A stretch of 54,367 nt of DNA, from assembly GCA_964534375.1 (NCBI GenBank), contig CAZHPN010000014.1:1-54367 (forward strand), in the 5' to 3' direction. Each line of letters opens with the position of its first letter. Within the stretch, counting starts at the first letter, position 1. The position numbers and the translations under genes were made by a program. The notes beneath the pieces were generated by a model. The model was given only the letters and a program-made list of their open reading frames with translations, ran no database searches and had not been told where the DNA came from. Positions 9,165-18,967 of this stretch are shown one piece after another. The DNA is from an uncultured bacterium. GTDB lineage: Bacteria > Lernaellota > Lernaellaia > Lernaellales > Lernaellaceae.

Positions 9165-10196
9165 ATGTCGAAGGTACGTTTCGGGCTGGCCCTCGCCGTG
9201 GCGCTGGCGGCCGTGTTGCTGTTCGCCGGCTTCATGAACGCGTCGGCGGCGAACTCCAAGATCTTGAAGATCGCCTGCATCGCCCCGCAGGGCAACTCCG
9301 GCTACAAGGCCATCGACGACGCGGGCAAGGAAATCGAACAGACGACGCAAGGCCGGGTGAAAATCCAGATTTATCCGGGCGGCGTGATGGGCAATGACGC
9401 GGCGATTCTGCGCAAAATGAAGGTCGGCCAGTTGCACGGCAGCACCTTCAGCGCGGGGGGCATCTCGGAAGAATATCGCGACTTCCAGATCCTGAGCCTG
9501 CCGATGCTCTTCCGCAATTACGAAGAGGTCGACCACGTCCGCCCGCAGATCTTCCCGTTCCTGGCGCAGAACCTCGAGGCCCGCGGCTACATCCCGATGG
9601 CCATCACCGAGGTCGGCTTCGCCTACATGATGTCGAACACGCCGATTCGCTCGCTGGGCGACCTGGTCGGCAAGAAAATCTGGATTCCCGAGGCCGACCC
9701 GATCAGCGACACGGTGTTCAAGATGATGGGCGTGCCGCCGACGCCGCGGCCGATTTCCGACGTACTGACCGGCCTGCAGACCGGCATGATCAACACCTTC
9801 GCCAATTCGCCGATCGGCGCCATTGCGCTGCAGTGGTACACGAAGGTGAAATACATGACCGACGCGCCGCTCGTTTACACCTACGGCTCGGTCGTGTTCT
9901 CCAAGGCGTCGCTCGCCGATCTTTCCGACGCCGACCGGGCGGCGGTGCGCGACATCATGGGCCGGCACCTGACGGCGTGGGACCAGTCGACGCGGCAGGA
10001 AAACGCCAAGGCGCTGGCGACGCTGAAAAAACAGGGCATTAAAATGGCCGAGGTGGCGCCCGCGGACCTCGCGGCGATGGAAGAAGTTTGCCGCAAGGCG
10101 ACGCAAGACCTGGTCGCCCGCAACATGTTTTCGGCCGACCTGCTCAAGCGAATTCAGGATTTGCTGGCGGCCTACCGCGGGTCGAAAGGCAATTGA
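9165..10196 (+). CDS. dctP: TRAP transporter substrate-binding protein DctP
   Basis: KIACIAPQG, IYPGGVMGND, LQTGMIN, ALQWY. Confidence 0.9.
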   Translation: MSKVRFGLALAVALAAVLLFAGFMNASAANSKILKIACIAPQGNSGYKAIDDAGKEIEQTTQGRVKIQIYPGGVMGNDAAILRKMKVGQLHGSTFSAGGISEEYRDFQILSLPMLFRNYEEVDHVRPQIFPFLAQNLEARGYIPMAITEVGFAYMMSNTPIRSLGDLVGKKIWIPEADPISDTVFKMMGVPPTPRPISDVLTGLQTGMINTFANSPIGAIALQWYTKVKYMTDAPLVYTYGSVVFSKASLADLSDADRAAVRDIMGRHLTAWDQSTRQENAKALATLKKQGIKMAEVAPADLAAMEEVCRKATQDLVARNMFSADLLKRIQDLLAAYRGSKGN

Positions 10197-10808
10197 TTGA
10201 TCCAGCACCCGGAGTCGAAAAACCCGTTTTTCCGCTTCGTGCATAAGATCGAGGACTATTTCCTCGGCAGCATTCTGCTGACCATGGTCGTCTTCGCCTT
10301 CGTGCAATTGGTGTTCAAGAACCTCGTGCCGGAGGTCCATCTCTTCGGCCACGAGATTCCGATTCCCCCGTTTCGCTGGGTGCACGACAATATCGGCACC
10401 GGGTTCGTCTGGGGCGACGCCTTTCTTCGCCAGCTCGTGCTCTGGATGGCGGTGCTCGGCGCCGCCGTCGCCACTCGCTATGACCGGCACATCAACGTCG
10501 AAATCGGCAGCAAGTTTCTGCCGAAAAAAGTGAAAACGGTCGTCCGCATTTACACCGACGCTTTCGCGGCGACGATCACGGGTCTGCTGACATACTCCGG
10601 CTTTCGCCTGGTGCAATCCGAATTGACGGCCCGCTCGATCGCCTTCGCCGCCGTGCCGGCGTGGGTGATGGAGATGATCATCCCCGTGGGCTTCGGCATC
10701 ATCTGCGCGCGCTACCTGCGCTATTTCGTGCTGCACATCTTGCAGGCGCTCGGCGTCCTGCCGCTGCCGCCGGACGAACCGCCGGCGCCGACGGGGGCGC
10801 CGCTGTGA
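10197..10808 (+). CDS. dctQ: TRAP transporter small permease DctQ
   Basis: Four TM segments, LVLWMAVLGAAVAT..RHINVE; TTG start. Confidence 0.85.
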   Translation: MIQHPESKNPFFRFVHKIEDYFLGSILLTMVVFAFVQLVFKNLVPEVHLFGHEIPIPPFRWVHDNIGTGFVWGDAFLRQLVLWMAVLGAAVATRYDRHINVEIGSKFLPKKVKTVVRIYTDAFAATITGLLTYSGFRLVQSELTARSIAFAAVPAWVMEMIIPVGFGIICARYLRYFVLHILQALGVLPLPPDEPPAPTGAPL

Positions 10809-12058
10809 TTTTCGTCATTGCCCTCGCGGCCATTCTCGGCGCCCCGCTGTTTTGCGTGATCGCCTCCAGCGCGTTGGCGGGCTTCCACGGCGAGGGCGTC
10901 GACCTGTCGTCCGTCGCGATCAACATCTATCAGCTCACCGACACGCAGATGCTGCCGACGATTCCGCTGTTCACCCTGGCCGGCTACCTGATGAGCGAAA
11001 GCGGCGCGCCGGTGCGGCTGGTCCGCCTGTCGCGGGCGCTGCTGGGTTGGATGCCGGGCGGGTTGTCGATCGTCGCGCTGATCGCCTGCGCGATGTTCAC
11101 GGCGTTCACCGGCGCTTCGGGCGTGACGATCATCGCCATGGGCGGCCTGCTCTATCCGGCGTTGATCGCCGAGGGGTATCCGGAGAATTTCAGCCTCGGC
11201 CTGGTGACGACGGCGGGCGCGCTGGGCCTGCTGTTTCCGCCGTCGCTGCCGCCGATTTTGTACGGCGTGATTTCCAAGGTGGCGGTCGACGATCTGTACC
11301 GCGCCGGCCTGCTGCCGTGCCTGCTGATGGTCGTGCTGCTGTCGGTTTATTCGGTGATCGTCAGCGCCCGTTCGCACACGCCGACGACGCCCTTCCATTT
11401 CAAAGAGGTGTTCCTCGCCGCGCGCGAGGCGATCTGGGAAATTCCGCTGCCGTTCGTCGTCATCGGCGGCATCTACACCGGCGTATTCGCCGTCGCCGAT
11501 GCGGCGGTGGTCACCGCGATGTACGCCTTGGTGGTCGAGGTCTTGATCTACCGCGAGGTCAGCCTGAAGAAACTGATGGCCGTCTTCCGGGAAACCGTCG
11601 TGCTGGTCGGCGGCGTGCTGGTCATCGTGTCGGTGTCGATGGCCTCGACCAATTACATGATGGACGCGCAGGTGCCGGTGAAGTTGGCGAACTTCACGCT
11701 CAAATACATCTCGAGCCCGCTGACGTTCCTGATCGTGATGAATATTTTCTTGCTGCTCGTCGGCTGCCTGCTCGACATCTTTTCGCATATCGTCATCGTG
11801 CTGCCGCTGCTGCTGCCGCTGGCGCAGAATTACGGCATCAACCCGATCCATCTCGGCATCATCTTTCTCGCGAACCTCCAGATCGGCTACTGCATTCCGC
11901 CCTTCGGCATGGATTTGTTCATCTCCAGCTACCGGTTCAACAAGGGGATCCTGCTGATCTTCCGCTCGACGATTCCATTCTCGCTGATCCTGCTGCTGAC
12001 CGTGCTGATTATTACGTATTGGCCGGAGTTGTCGCTGTTCCTGCTGCAGTTCAAGTAG
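10805..12058 (+). CDS. dctM: TRAP transporter large permease DctM
   Basis: IPLFTLAGYLM, FTGASGVTI, GLLFPPS, GINPIHLGIIF, PPFGMDLF; GTG start overlaps the dctQ stop. Confidence 0.9.
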   Translation: MIFVIALAAILGAPLFCVIASSALAGFHGEGVDLSSVAINIYQLTDTQMLPTIPLFTLAGYLMSESGAPVRLVRLSRALLGWMPGGLSIVALIACAMFTAFTGASGVTIIAMGGLLYPALIAEGYPENFSLGLVTTAGALGLLFPPSLPPILYGVISKVAVDDLYRAGLLPCLLMVVLLSVYSVIVSARSHTPTTPFHFKEVFLAAREAIWEIPLPFVVIGGIYTGVFAVADAAVVTAMYALVVEVLIYREVSLKKLMAVFRETVVLVGGVLVIVSVSMASTNYMMDAQVPVKLANFTLKYISSPLTFLIVMNIFLLLVGCLLDIFSHIVIVLPLLLPLAQNYGINPIHLGIIFLANLQIGYCIPPFGMDLFISSYRFNKGILLIFRSTIPFSLILLLTVLIITYWPELSLFLLQFK

Positions 12059-12079
12059 ACGACGATTCATGACACGCTA

Positions 12080-12155
12080 TTTGGGACCTATGGGACCTGC
12101 AGGATTCGCGAGACCCCATCGGCCGCATAGATCCCATAATTCCCAGGATTCTCAG
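12080..12155. repeat. Nonamer-type short repeats (TGGGACCTA ... CCCATA) between convergent genes
   Basis: tgggacctatgggacctg ... ccccatcggccgcatagatcccataattccca. Confidence 0.55.
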
Positions 12156-12199
12156 AAACCCTGAGACATTGCGGCGCGACCCGTGCCGCCGGGCAGGCG

Positions 12200-13147
12200 C
12201 TACGCCAATTCCGCCGGCTCGGCCTCGACCACGCCGTGCTGCTTGAGCATCGCCCAAAAGCCTTGCACCTTTTTGTCCAGGAAGGTCATATCCACGGCGT
12301 CGGCGGGGCAGTTGTTCAGGCAGCCGAAGCAGGCGATGCAGGCGCGGCGATTGACGGCCGCCGGCGGCAAGGCCATGGCCCCGACGGGGCAGCCGGCGAC
12401 GCAGACGCCGCATTGGATGCAGCGCGCCGGATCGATCCGGTGCGTTTCGATCCCCGATTTGGTGAAGGTCGCGAGACCGAACTTGCGCATGAATTCGCCG
12501 GATTCCCAAACGATGGCGGGAACCTCGCGTTCGCCGGCGCGCGCCCGCTGCACCACGGTCCGGGCGAACTGCCGCACCTGCCGGAAAGCAGCTTCGTTCG
12601 GCAGATAGCGCGCTTTCAGCGTTTTTTCGGCGCTGCCCAGCGACCACGTCGGGGCGAAGGCCGACATGTTCTGGCAGGCGTCGATGCCGACCGGCACGGC
12701 GCCGCGGTCGGCCAGCGGGCGCAACAGGCGGACGGCGGTGTTGCGCCCGACGGCGTCGCCGTACGTCGTGAAGGCGGCGGCCGCCGCGCCGTTCAACGGC
12801 GGCACGCGCCGCAGCCAGGCCAGCACATTGGCCGGCGGGGCCAGATAAAACACGGGCGACCCCACGGCCAGCAAATCGTACGCGGGCAACGACGCCGGGT
12901 CGCACGTGCGCATATCTTTGACTTCGACCGTCAGCTTTTCACTTTCCCACACTTTGCCGATCAAGCGAGCGATGCGGCGCGTATGGCCCGTCTGGCCGTA
13001 CCATACCACCAGCGCCTTTTGCGGATTCGTCGTGCGAAATGCCGCGGGCCACTCGGCCGCCGCTGCGGCAACGCGCGGCGGCAGGCCAACGACGCCGGCG
13101 CCGACCGCGGCGGCCGCGGCATGGGTCAGAAATTCTCGGCGGTTCAT
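12200..13147 (-). CDS. EFR1-like flavodoxin-ferredoxin fusion with Tat-like signal (paralog 2)
   Basis: MNRREFL; WYGQTGHT flavodoxin loop; CIQCGVCVAGCP and CIACFGCLNNCP 4Fe-4S motifs. Confidence 0.8.
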   Translation of the reverse strand: MNRREFLTHAAAAAVGAGVVGLPPRVAAAAAEWPAAFRTTNPQKALVVWYGQTGHTRRIARLIGKVWESEKLTVEVKDMRTCDPASLPAYDLLAVGSPVFYLAPPANVLAWLRRVPPLNGAAAAAFTTYGDAVGRNTAVRLLRPLADRGAVPVGIDACQNMSAFAPTWSLGSAEKTLKARYLPNEAAFRQVRQFARTVVQRARAGEREVPAIVWESGEFMRKFGLATFTKSGIETHRIDPARCIQCGVCVAGCPVGAMALPPAAVNRRACIACFGCLNNCPADAVDMTFLDKKVQGFWAMLKQHGVVEAEPAELA

Positions 13148-13189
13148 GCAGGTCTCATGTGGGGTTGGGGACCGGATTGATGATCCGTC

Positions 13190-13229
13190 TTTTGACAGGA
13201 TCAACAGGATCAACGGGATCAACGGAATC
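13190..13229. repeat. Nonamer element copy (TTTTGACAGGATCAACAGGATCAACGGGATCAACGG)
   Basis: Same as 751-778 and 20079-20109. Confidence 0.85.
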
Positions 13230-13270
13230 GGCAACGCTCGGATTCGGCAAAGGGGTAAATCTGCTCATGG

Positions 13271-14215
13271 CTAGCGCAATTCCGGCGGCTCGGCGATCAC
13301 GACGCCGTGCTGCTTGAGCATCGCAAAAAAGCCTTGCAGCTTTTTGTGCATGAAGGTCATCTCCACCGCCTCGGTCGGGCAGTTGTTGAGGCACCCGAAG
13401 CAGGCGATGCACGCGCGGCGATCGATCGCCGCCGGCGGCAGGGCGATGGCCCCGACCGGGCAACCGGCGACGCAGAGGCCGCACCGGATGCAACGGGCGG
13501 CGTCGATCCGGTGCGAGTCGATCTCGCGTTTGGCAAAGGTTTGGCCGCCGATATAGCGCAGGATTTCGCCGGCTTCCCAGATCATGGAGGGAACCGCCGG
13601 CTCGCCGTCGCGCGCCCGGGCGACCACCGCGCGGGCGAACTGCCGCGCCTGGTTGAACGTCGCTTCGTTCGGCAGATAGCGCCCTTTTAGGGTGTTTTCG
13701 ACGTCGCCCAGCGACCACCACGGCGGGAACGCCGACATATTCTTGCAGGCTTCCACGCCGACCGGCACGGCGCCGCGGGCGGTGAAGCCGCGCGACAAAC
13801 GCACGGCGACGTTGTGTCCCATGCCGCCGTAAGTCGTGAAGGCGGCGGCGGCGACGCCGGGCAACGGCGGCACGCGGCGCAACCAGTCCCGGACGTTGGC
13901 CGGCAGGTCGAAATAAAACACCGGCGAGCCCGCGGCGAGCAGATCGTAGTCGGCGAGCGAAGCCGGGTCGCAGCGCCGCAGATCCTTGACGTCGACGGCC
14001 AACCCCTCGCTTTCCCACACTTTGCCGATCAGGCGCGCGATGCGCCGCGTGTGGCCCGTCTGGCCGTACCAAACCACGAGCGCTTTTTGCGGATTTGTCG
14101 TGCGAAAGGAGGCCGGCCGCTCTACCGCCGCCGCGGCAGTTCCGGGCGGCAGGCCGACGACGCCGGCGCCGACGGCCGTCGCCGCGGCGTGGATCAAAAA
14201 CTCGCGGCGGTTCAT
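13271..14215 (-). CDS. EFR1-like flavodoxin-ferredoxin fusion with Tat-like signal (paralog 1)
   Basis: MNRREFL; WYGQTGHT; CIRCGLCVAGCP and CIACFGCLNNCP; highly similar to 12200-13147. Confidence 0.8.
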   Translation of the reverse strand: MNRREFLIHAAATAVGAGVVGLPPGTAAAAVERPASFRTTNPQKALVVWYGQTGHTRRIARLIGKVWESEGLAVDVKDLRRCDPASLADYDLLAAGSPVFYFDLPANVRDWLRRVPPLPGVAAAAFTTYGGMGHNVAVRLSRGFTARGAVPVGVEACKNMSAFPPWWSLGDVENTLKGRYLPNEATFNQARQFARAVVARARDGEPAVPSMIWEAGEILRYIGGQTFAKREIDSHRIDAARCIRCGLCVAGCPVGAIALPPAAIDRRACIACFGCLNNCPTEAVEMTFMHKKLQGFFAMLKQHGVVIAEPPELR

Positions 14216-14222
14216 GCGGCGC

Positions 14223-16835
14223 TCATTTGAACGTGACGACCCAGGTCACGTCCGGGTGCACGGTCTGCGTCGCCGTCGTTTCCACGGTAAATTTGAGCGT
14301 CGCGAGCGGGCCGGCGGTCGAGAACGATTGGCCGGCGATTTGCCAGCCCGCCGGCGCGGTGACTTGCGCGTCGCTGGCCGTGAAGCCGGCGGGCACGTAG
14401 AACGTCAACTGGTGTTCGAAGGGCGCCAGCGTCGTGCCGACCGAGCCTTCGGAAACGCCGGTCAGCGTCTTCGCCGCGGCGTTCCAGGTCAGCGAGGTGA
14501 TGACCTTGACGCCGCCGAGCACATGGCGGTTTTCGCCGACGAGCTGCGGCCGGCCGAGTTCTTCGCGCAACGCCACGACGCGCGCCGTTTCCGCCGGCGC
14601 CTGCATCGAGAACGAGCCCTGCACTTCGCCGAGGAATTGCTGCGTCCAGAACTCGAACGCCAGGTACTTCTTGGCCGGATCGAGGCCGGCGTCGGTGAAA
14701 TCGGCGCCGAGCGTCCGCGCCGCGTCGGCCATCATCGTATAGGGCACGACGCTCATGTCGCGGTTGAGGCCCCAATTGAGGAGGCCCAGCACGTAATACG
14801 GCTCGGGGAAATTCGCGACCGGCAACGCCCAGACTTCCGGAAATTCGCGCGTGAACATATCGAGCGGCCGGCCGGCGACGCCGTACACCGGCAGGATGCT
14901 GCGGATCACGTTCACGTCGTCGGCCGTCAAATCGACCAGCTTGTCGCCGAGCTTCACGAGGCCGCCCTCGAGCGCGATTGCCGTCGCGAAGGTCGTCGAT
15001 TCGTTAAGCGTCACCGTCGGATAGCCCGGGTCGGAACGGAAGAAGATGCAATCGGGATGGTCGATCCACAAATGACCGTTAAAGTAATACCGCCTCGCGG
15101 CGTCCCGGTACATCGGCTTCATTCCCTGATTGTTGAAGTCGCCGAGCAGCGAATACGGCTGGGACAACTCGCCTTCCCACACCGGCATCACATCGAGCGT
15201 GGTCCGCATCGCGTCGACCATGTCGTAATTGAAGCCGAGCACCGCGACGTTGGCCAGGAAGATGTCCGGCCCGAGCGTGCCGCGCACGATCTTCATGCCT
15301 TCCCGGTAAAATTCGCCGCGCGTCAGCGTCGGGTCGTACCAATCCGTGCTCAGAATCGCGTCGTACGCAAAATCGAGCTTGAACCACTGGATGCCCCAGC
15401 TCATCACCGTGTTCAGCAGGCCCGTCAGATAAGTCTGCACAACCGGGTTCGACAAATCGAGCGCCATTTTGCCCATGTTGACGAACGACGGCCACGGTTT
15501 CGTGAAATATTCCGGATGCTCCTTCACGATCTGCGAACTGGGGTCGGCGATGAACGCGGCCATCCATAGGCCGGTGCGGAAACCCAGCGCCTTCGCCTGC
15601 GACATCAGCCAGGCGATGCCGTTCTGGCTGCCGTGATCGGGAAATTTGGTCGTGTCGACCTGCCAATCGCCAACGGCGACTTCCCAACCGTCGTCGATCT
15701 GAAAATACGTCATGCCCCAGCGCCGCAATTCGCTGTCGGCGAAATTCATGTTGTCGAGGATGATCTGCTCGTCGATGCTCTGCCCGTAGCCGCCCGACCC
15801 GCCGCCGCCCGACCACGAATTCCAGCCGGCCGGCACGCCGAGATCCGGATGCCGCTGCAGCCACGGCTGCACGTTCAGCCACAGGCGCACACGGTCCGCG
15901 TAGGCTTCGAGCGCCGCGAACGGGTTGTCCACACCGAAATCGATCGCCATGGTCTCGGTCGTCATCGTCGCGTTCGGCGCCAGCATTTTTCGCGGGTTGT
16001 ATTCACAATCGCCCTGCAGGGCCAGGCCTTTCGGCGCGCCGAGCAGCGGCCCGGCGTAGACGATCGGCTGCGAGACGATGGCGCCCAGGAAACCGAACGA
16101 CAGGCTGCGGCCGGTTTGCAGGTTATGGATCAGCCCGTTCCAGTCCGAGATCATGGGCGCGCCCGCCGGGTAAATCGGCACGGCGTTGTCGAGGTAATTG
16201 AGAAAGCCGTTGGCGAGCACGCGCAGATCGATGCCCTCGCCGAAATGCAGCGCGCCGTAGGGCGGTTGGACGTCGAGCGGGTAAATGGCGCCGATCGGCA
16301 GGTCGGCCGTCGTGGCGTTCGCCGCGGTCACCGTCGCGAGCACCACGCTGGCGCCCGCCACCAGCGTAAACGACTGGGTCATGGTGGGCGCATCGGCGAC
16401 GCCGCCGCGATTGACGGTGATCGTTTTGCCGACGCCCAGCGGGGTATTGGCGACCGCCTGGGTCCAGCCCAACTCGGGCAATTCGCCGCTGCGCCAGATT
16501 TTCTCGGCCAGGATCACGTTTCCGTAGATCATCGCATCCGCGTTCTGAATCACGAGCGTGCCGTCCGGATCGAACGCGCTGTAGCGGCCTTCCTTCAAAT
16601 AGTAGCGCAACACGACTTCGTCATTGCGAATGGTCAGCGTGTCGCCGTTTTGTTCGACCACGACCTCGTCCGCCGGCGAGGCGTCGTCATCGACCGGAGA
16701 AACGTCGTCGTCGATCGGCGACGCATCGTCGTCGTCATCGGCGGCCGAATCATCGTCGCCGGACTTCCCGCCGCACGCCGAGAGAGTCGCCGCCACACCA
16801 AGCGCCAGGAAAATCAGAAAGAGTCGACGCAGCAT
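14223..16835 (-). CDS. Alpha-galactosidase-like (GH36/GH27 clan) lipoprotein
   Basis: Lipobox LSAC, Asp-rich linker, GWNSW, YFQIDDGWE, WFKLDF nucleophile motif. Confidence 0.8.
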   Translation of the reverse strand: MLRRLFLIFLALGVAATLSACGGKSGDDDSAADDDDDASPIDDDVSPVDDDASPADEVVVEQNGDTLTIRNDEVVLRYYLKEGRYSAFDPDGTLVIQNADAMIYGNVILAEKIWRSGELPELGWTQAVANTPLGVGKTITVNRGGVADAPTMTQSFTLVAGASVVLATVTAANATTADLPIGAIYPLDVQPPYGALHFGEGIDLRVLANGFLNYLDNAVPIYPAGAPMISDWNGLIHNLQTGRSLSFGFLGAIVSQPIVYAGPLLGAPKGLALQGDCEYNPRKMLAPNATMTTETMAIDFGVDNPFAALEAYADRVRLWLNVQPWLQRHPDLGVPAGWNSWSGGGGSGGYGQSIDEQIILDNMNFADSELRRWGMTYFQIDDGWEVAVGDWQVDTTKFPDHGSQNGIAWLMSQAKALGFRTGLWMAAFIADPSSQIVKEHPEYFTKPWPSFVNMGKMALDLSNPVVQTYLTGLLNTVMSWGIQWFKLDFAYDAILSTDWYDPTLTRGEFYREGMKIVRGTLGPDIFLANVAVLGFNYDMVDAMRTTLDVMPVWEGELSQPYSLLGDFNNQGMKPMYRDAARRYYFNGHLWIDHPDCIFFRSDPGYPTVTLNESTTFATAIALEGGLVKLGDKLVDLTADDVNVIRSILPVYGVAGRPLDMFTREFPEVWALPVANFPEPYYVLGLLNWGLNRDMSVVPYTMMADAARTLGADFTDAGLDPAKKYLAFEFWTQQFLGEVQGSFSMQAPAETARVVALREELGRPQLVGENRHVLGGVKVITSLTWNAAAKTLTGVSEGSVGTTLAPFEHQLTFYVPAGFTASDAQVTAPAGWQIAGQSFSTAGPLATLKFTVETTATQTVHPDVTWVVTFK

Positions 16836-16906
16836 GTTGACCGCCGTACATCGTTGTTCGGGGCAACCTTAGCATTGTTGGCGGGACGGGTAAAGAAAGC
16901 CGCGGG

Positions 16907-17446
16907 CTACGACCACTTCGCGCGGGCGATGGCGGCGCCGAAACGGTCGGCGAGATCGCGCAGCACGTCGTTGCGGTTCTCGACGGTGGTGAGCACCAGT
17001 TCGTGGTCGTCCTTCAACGACAACAGGACGCTGACGCGCGCGACGAGTTCCGGCCGAATCACCAGCAGCACGTGCTTGGCGCGCCGGAGCATGTGCAGGA
17101 TCGGAAAGAAGCCCTGCACGTTCAACTCGAGGGTCCCGATCTCGTCGACGATGAGCAGGTCGGCGCTCGCGCCGCGGCCGATCGCCTTGATGCCTGCGTA
17201 GATGCCCTCCGGCGTGAACTGCAAGCTGCCCAGTCGCGGCCCCTGCGTCACAAGCTTCTCGCCGGCCAGCGTGACCGTGGTGTCGTCCGCGACGTTGTGC
17301 AGCACCAAGGTCCGCCCGCCGTCGCCGTCGACCGCTTCGGTCCAGACGCCGCCGACCGAAAAGCCCTCGCGCCGCAGGTTTTCCGCAAGCTGCCGGCAGA
17401 CAGTGCTCTTGCCCGCGTATGGTTCGCCGGTGAGTATCACGCGCAT
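16907..17446 (-). CDS. Nucleoside-triphosphatase (NTPase_1/THEP1-like)
   Basis: ILTGEPYAGKST Walker A; LLIVDEIGTLEL. Confidence 0.8.
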   Translation of the reverse strand: MRVILTGEPYAGKSTVCRQLAENLRREGFSVGGVWTEAVDGDGGRTLVLHNVADDTTVTLAGEKLVTQGPRLGSLQFTPEGIYAGIKAIGRGASADLLIVDEIGTLELNVQGFFPILHMLRRAKHVLLVIRPELVARVSVLLSLKDDHELVLTTVENRNDVLRDLADRFGAAIARAKWS

Positions 17447-17602
17447 GAGTTCACCCCGCGGCGGTTGACGCCCACAGCATACCGAATTTGCCGCGGAAAA
17501 ATCCACTGGCCCGGCTCCGAAAATCCTCGATCGAGCGCTTTATCTCGCCAAACCCGCAGCCCGGGGCGCGCCGTGTAGACGCCCTCGCCGTTTTGCCGCA
17601 AC

Positions 17603-18811
17603 ATGGCCGGCGTGGAAGCACAAAAGCCAGCGCGCCCATTGGACGCCGCCGCTCTGCCGGCGGCCGAGCCGATCGCCGGCGTTTACGTGCACGTGCCGTA
17701 TTGCCTGGCGAAATGCGGCTATTGCGCCTTCAACTCGCGCCCGTTGCCCGACGCGGCGACGCTGGAGCGTTATCAGCAAGCCGTGTCCGCCGAATTCGCG
17801 CGCGGAGAAAATCTGCTCGCGGGCGGCGGCGTGCGCACGGTTTATTTCGGCGGCGGGACGCCGTCGCTGGCCGACCCCGCGTGGATCGGCGGCCTGATCG
17901 CCGACATCGCGGCGCACAGTGCGCCTCTCGAGGAAATTACGGTCGAGGCCAATCCGGCCGCGCTCGACGCCGACCGCCTGGCCGGCCTGCGCGGCGCCGG
18001 CGTCGATCGTCTGAGCATCGGCGTGCAATCGTTCGATCCGGCCGCGCTGGCGTTCATGGAATGCTCGTACCGGGTCGAGCACGTCGAAGGAATCTTCGCC
18101 GCGGCCCGCCGCGCCGGCTTCGCCAACGTCGGGCTCGATCTGATCGTCGGCCTGCCGGAACCCTACGCCGAGACGTGGCGCGGCGATCTCGAACGCGCGC
18201 TGGCGCTGGCGCCGGAGCATTTGTCGGTTTACCTGCTGACCGTCGAGGCCCCGTCGCGGCTGTTCGAGCGCGTCCGCGTGGGCGCGGTCAAACCGCTGCC
18301 GCCCGACCGGCAGGCGGACATCTTTCTGGCCTGCCACGACCGGCTGGCCGCCGCTGGTTACGAGCATTACGAGGTCTCGAATTACGCCCGGCCGGGCCGG
18401 CGCTCGCAGCATAACAGCCGCTACTGGCAGGGCGCTTATTATTGGGGTCTGGGCGCGGGCGCGCATTCGTATTTGCGCCAGGCCGGCCGGCCGGTGCGGC
18501 GCGCGAACCTGGCCCACCCCGAGCGCTACATGCGCGCCGTCGCCGCGGCCGACCCCGCGGGCGCGATCGATTTCGTGGAGCGCCTCACGCCGTCGACGGT
18601 CGCCCGCGAGAAGATCATGCTCGAATTGCGCACCGCCGAAGGCCTGGCCCCCGCCGATTTCGGCGATTTGGCCGAGGATCTCTTGATTGCCCTTTCCCGG
18701 CACGCCCGCGAGGGCCGGTACGTCTGGGACGGCCGGCGCTACCGGCCGACGCCCGCGGGCCTGCTTGTCGCCGACGGCGTGGCGGTTGAGTTGTGGGATG
18801 CGTTGGGGTAG
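17603..18811 (+). CDS. hemW: Radical SAM heme chaperone HemW
   Basis: YVHVPYCLAKCGYCAF, YFGGGTPS, HYEVSNYA, HNSRYW, GLGAGAHS. Confidence 0.9.
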   Translation: MAGVEAQKPARPLDAAALPAAEPIAGVYVHVPYCLAKCGYCAFNSRPLPDAATLERYQQAVSAEFARGENLLAGGGVRTVYFGGGTPSLADPAWIGGLIADIAAHSAPLEEITVEANPAALDADRLAGLRGAGVDRLSIGVQSFDPAALAFMECSYRVEHVEGIFAAARRAGFANVGLDLIVGLPEPYAETWRGDLERALALAPEHLSVYLLTVEAPSRLFERVRVGAVKPLPPDRQADIFLACHDRLAAAGYEHYEVSNYARPGRRSQHNSRYWQGAYYWGLGAGAHSYLRQAGRPVRRANLAHPERYMRAVAAADPAGAIDFVERLTPSTVAREKIMLELRTAEGLAPADFGDLAEDLLIALSRHAREGRYVWDGRRYRPTPAGLLVADGVAVELWDALG

Positions 18812-18812
18812 C

Positions 18813-18967
18813 GGGAGACGGGACTCGGGATGCGGGTTTCGGGGTTCGGGATTCGGGGTTCGGGATGCGGGATGCGGGATGCGCGATGCGGGAGGCAGGA
18901 GGCGGGAGGCGGGGTTCGGCAATCCGCAATCGGCAATCCGCAATCCGCAATCCGCAATCCGCAATCC
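18813..18967. repeat. About 20-unit degenerate heptamer array (GGGATGC/GGGATTC/GGGAGGC, then CAATCCG) filling the gap between convergent genes
   Basis: Read directly; the CAATCCG block is roughly complementary to the GGGAT-type block. Confidence 0.9.
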
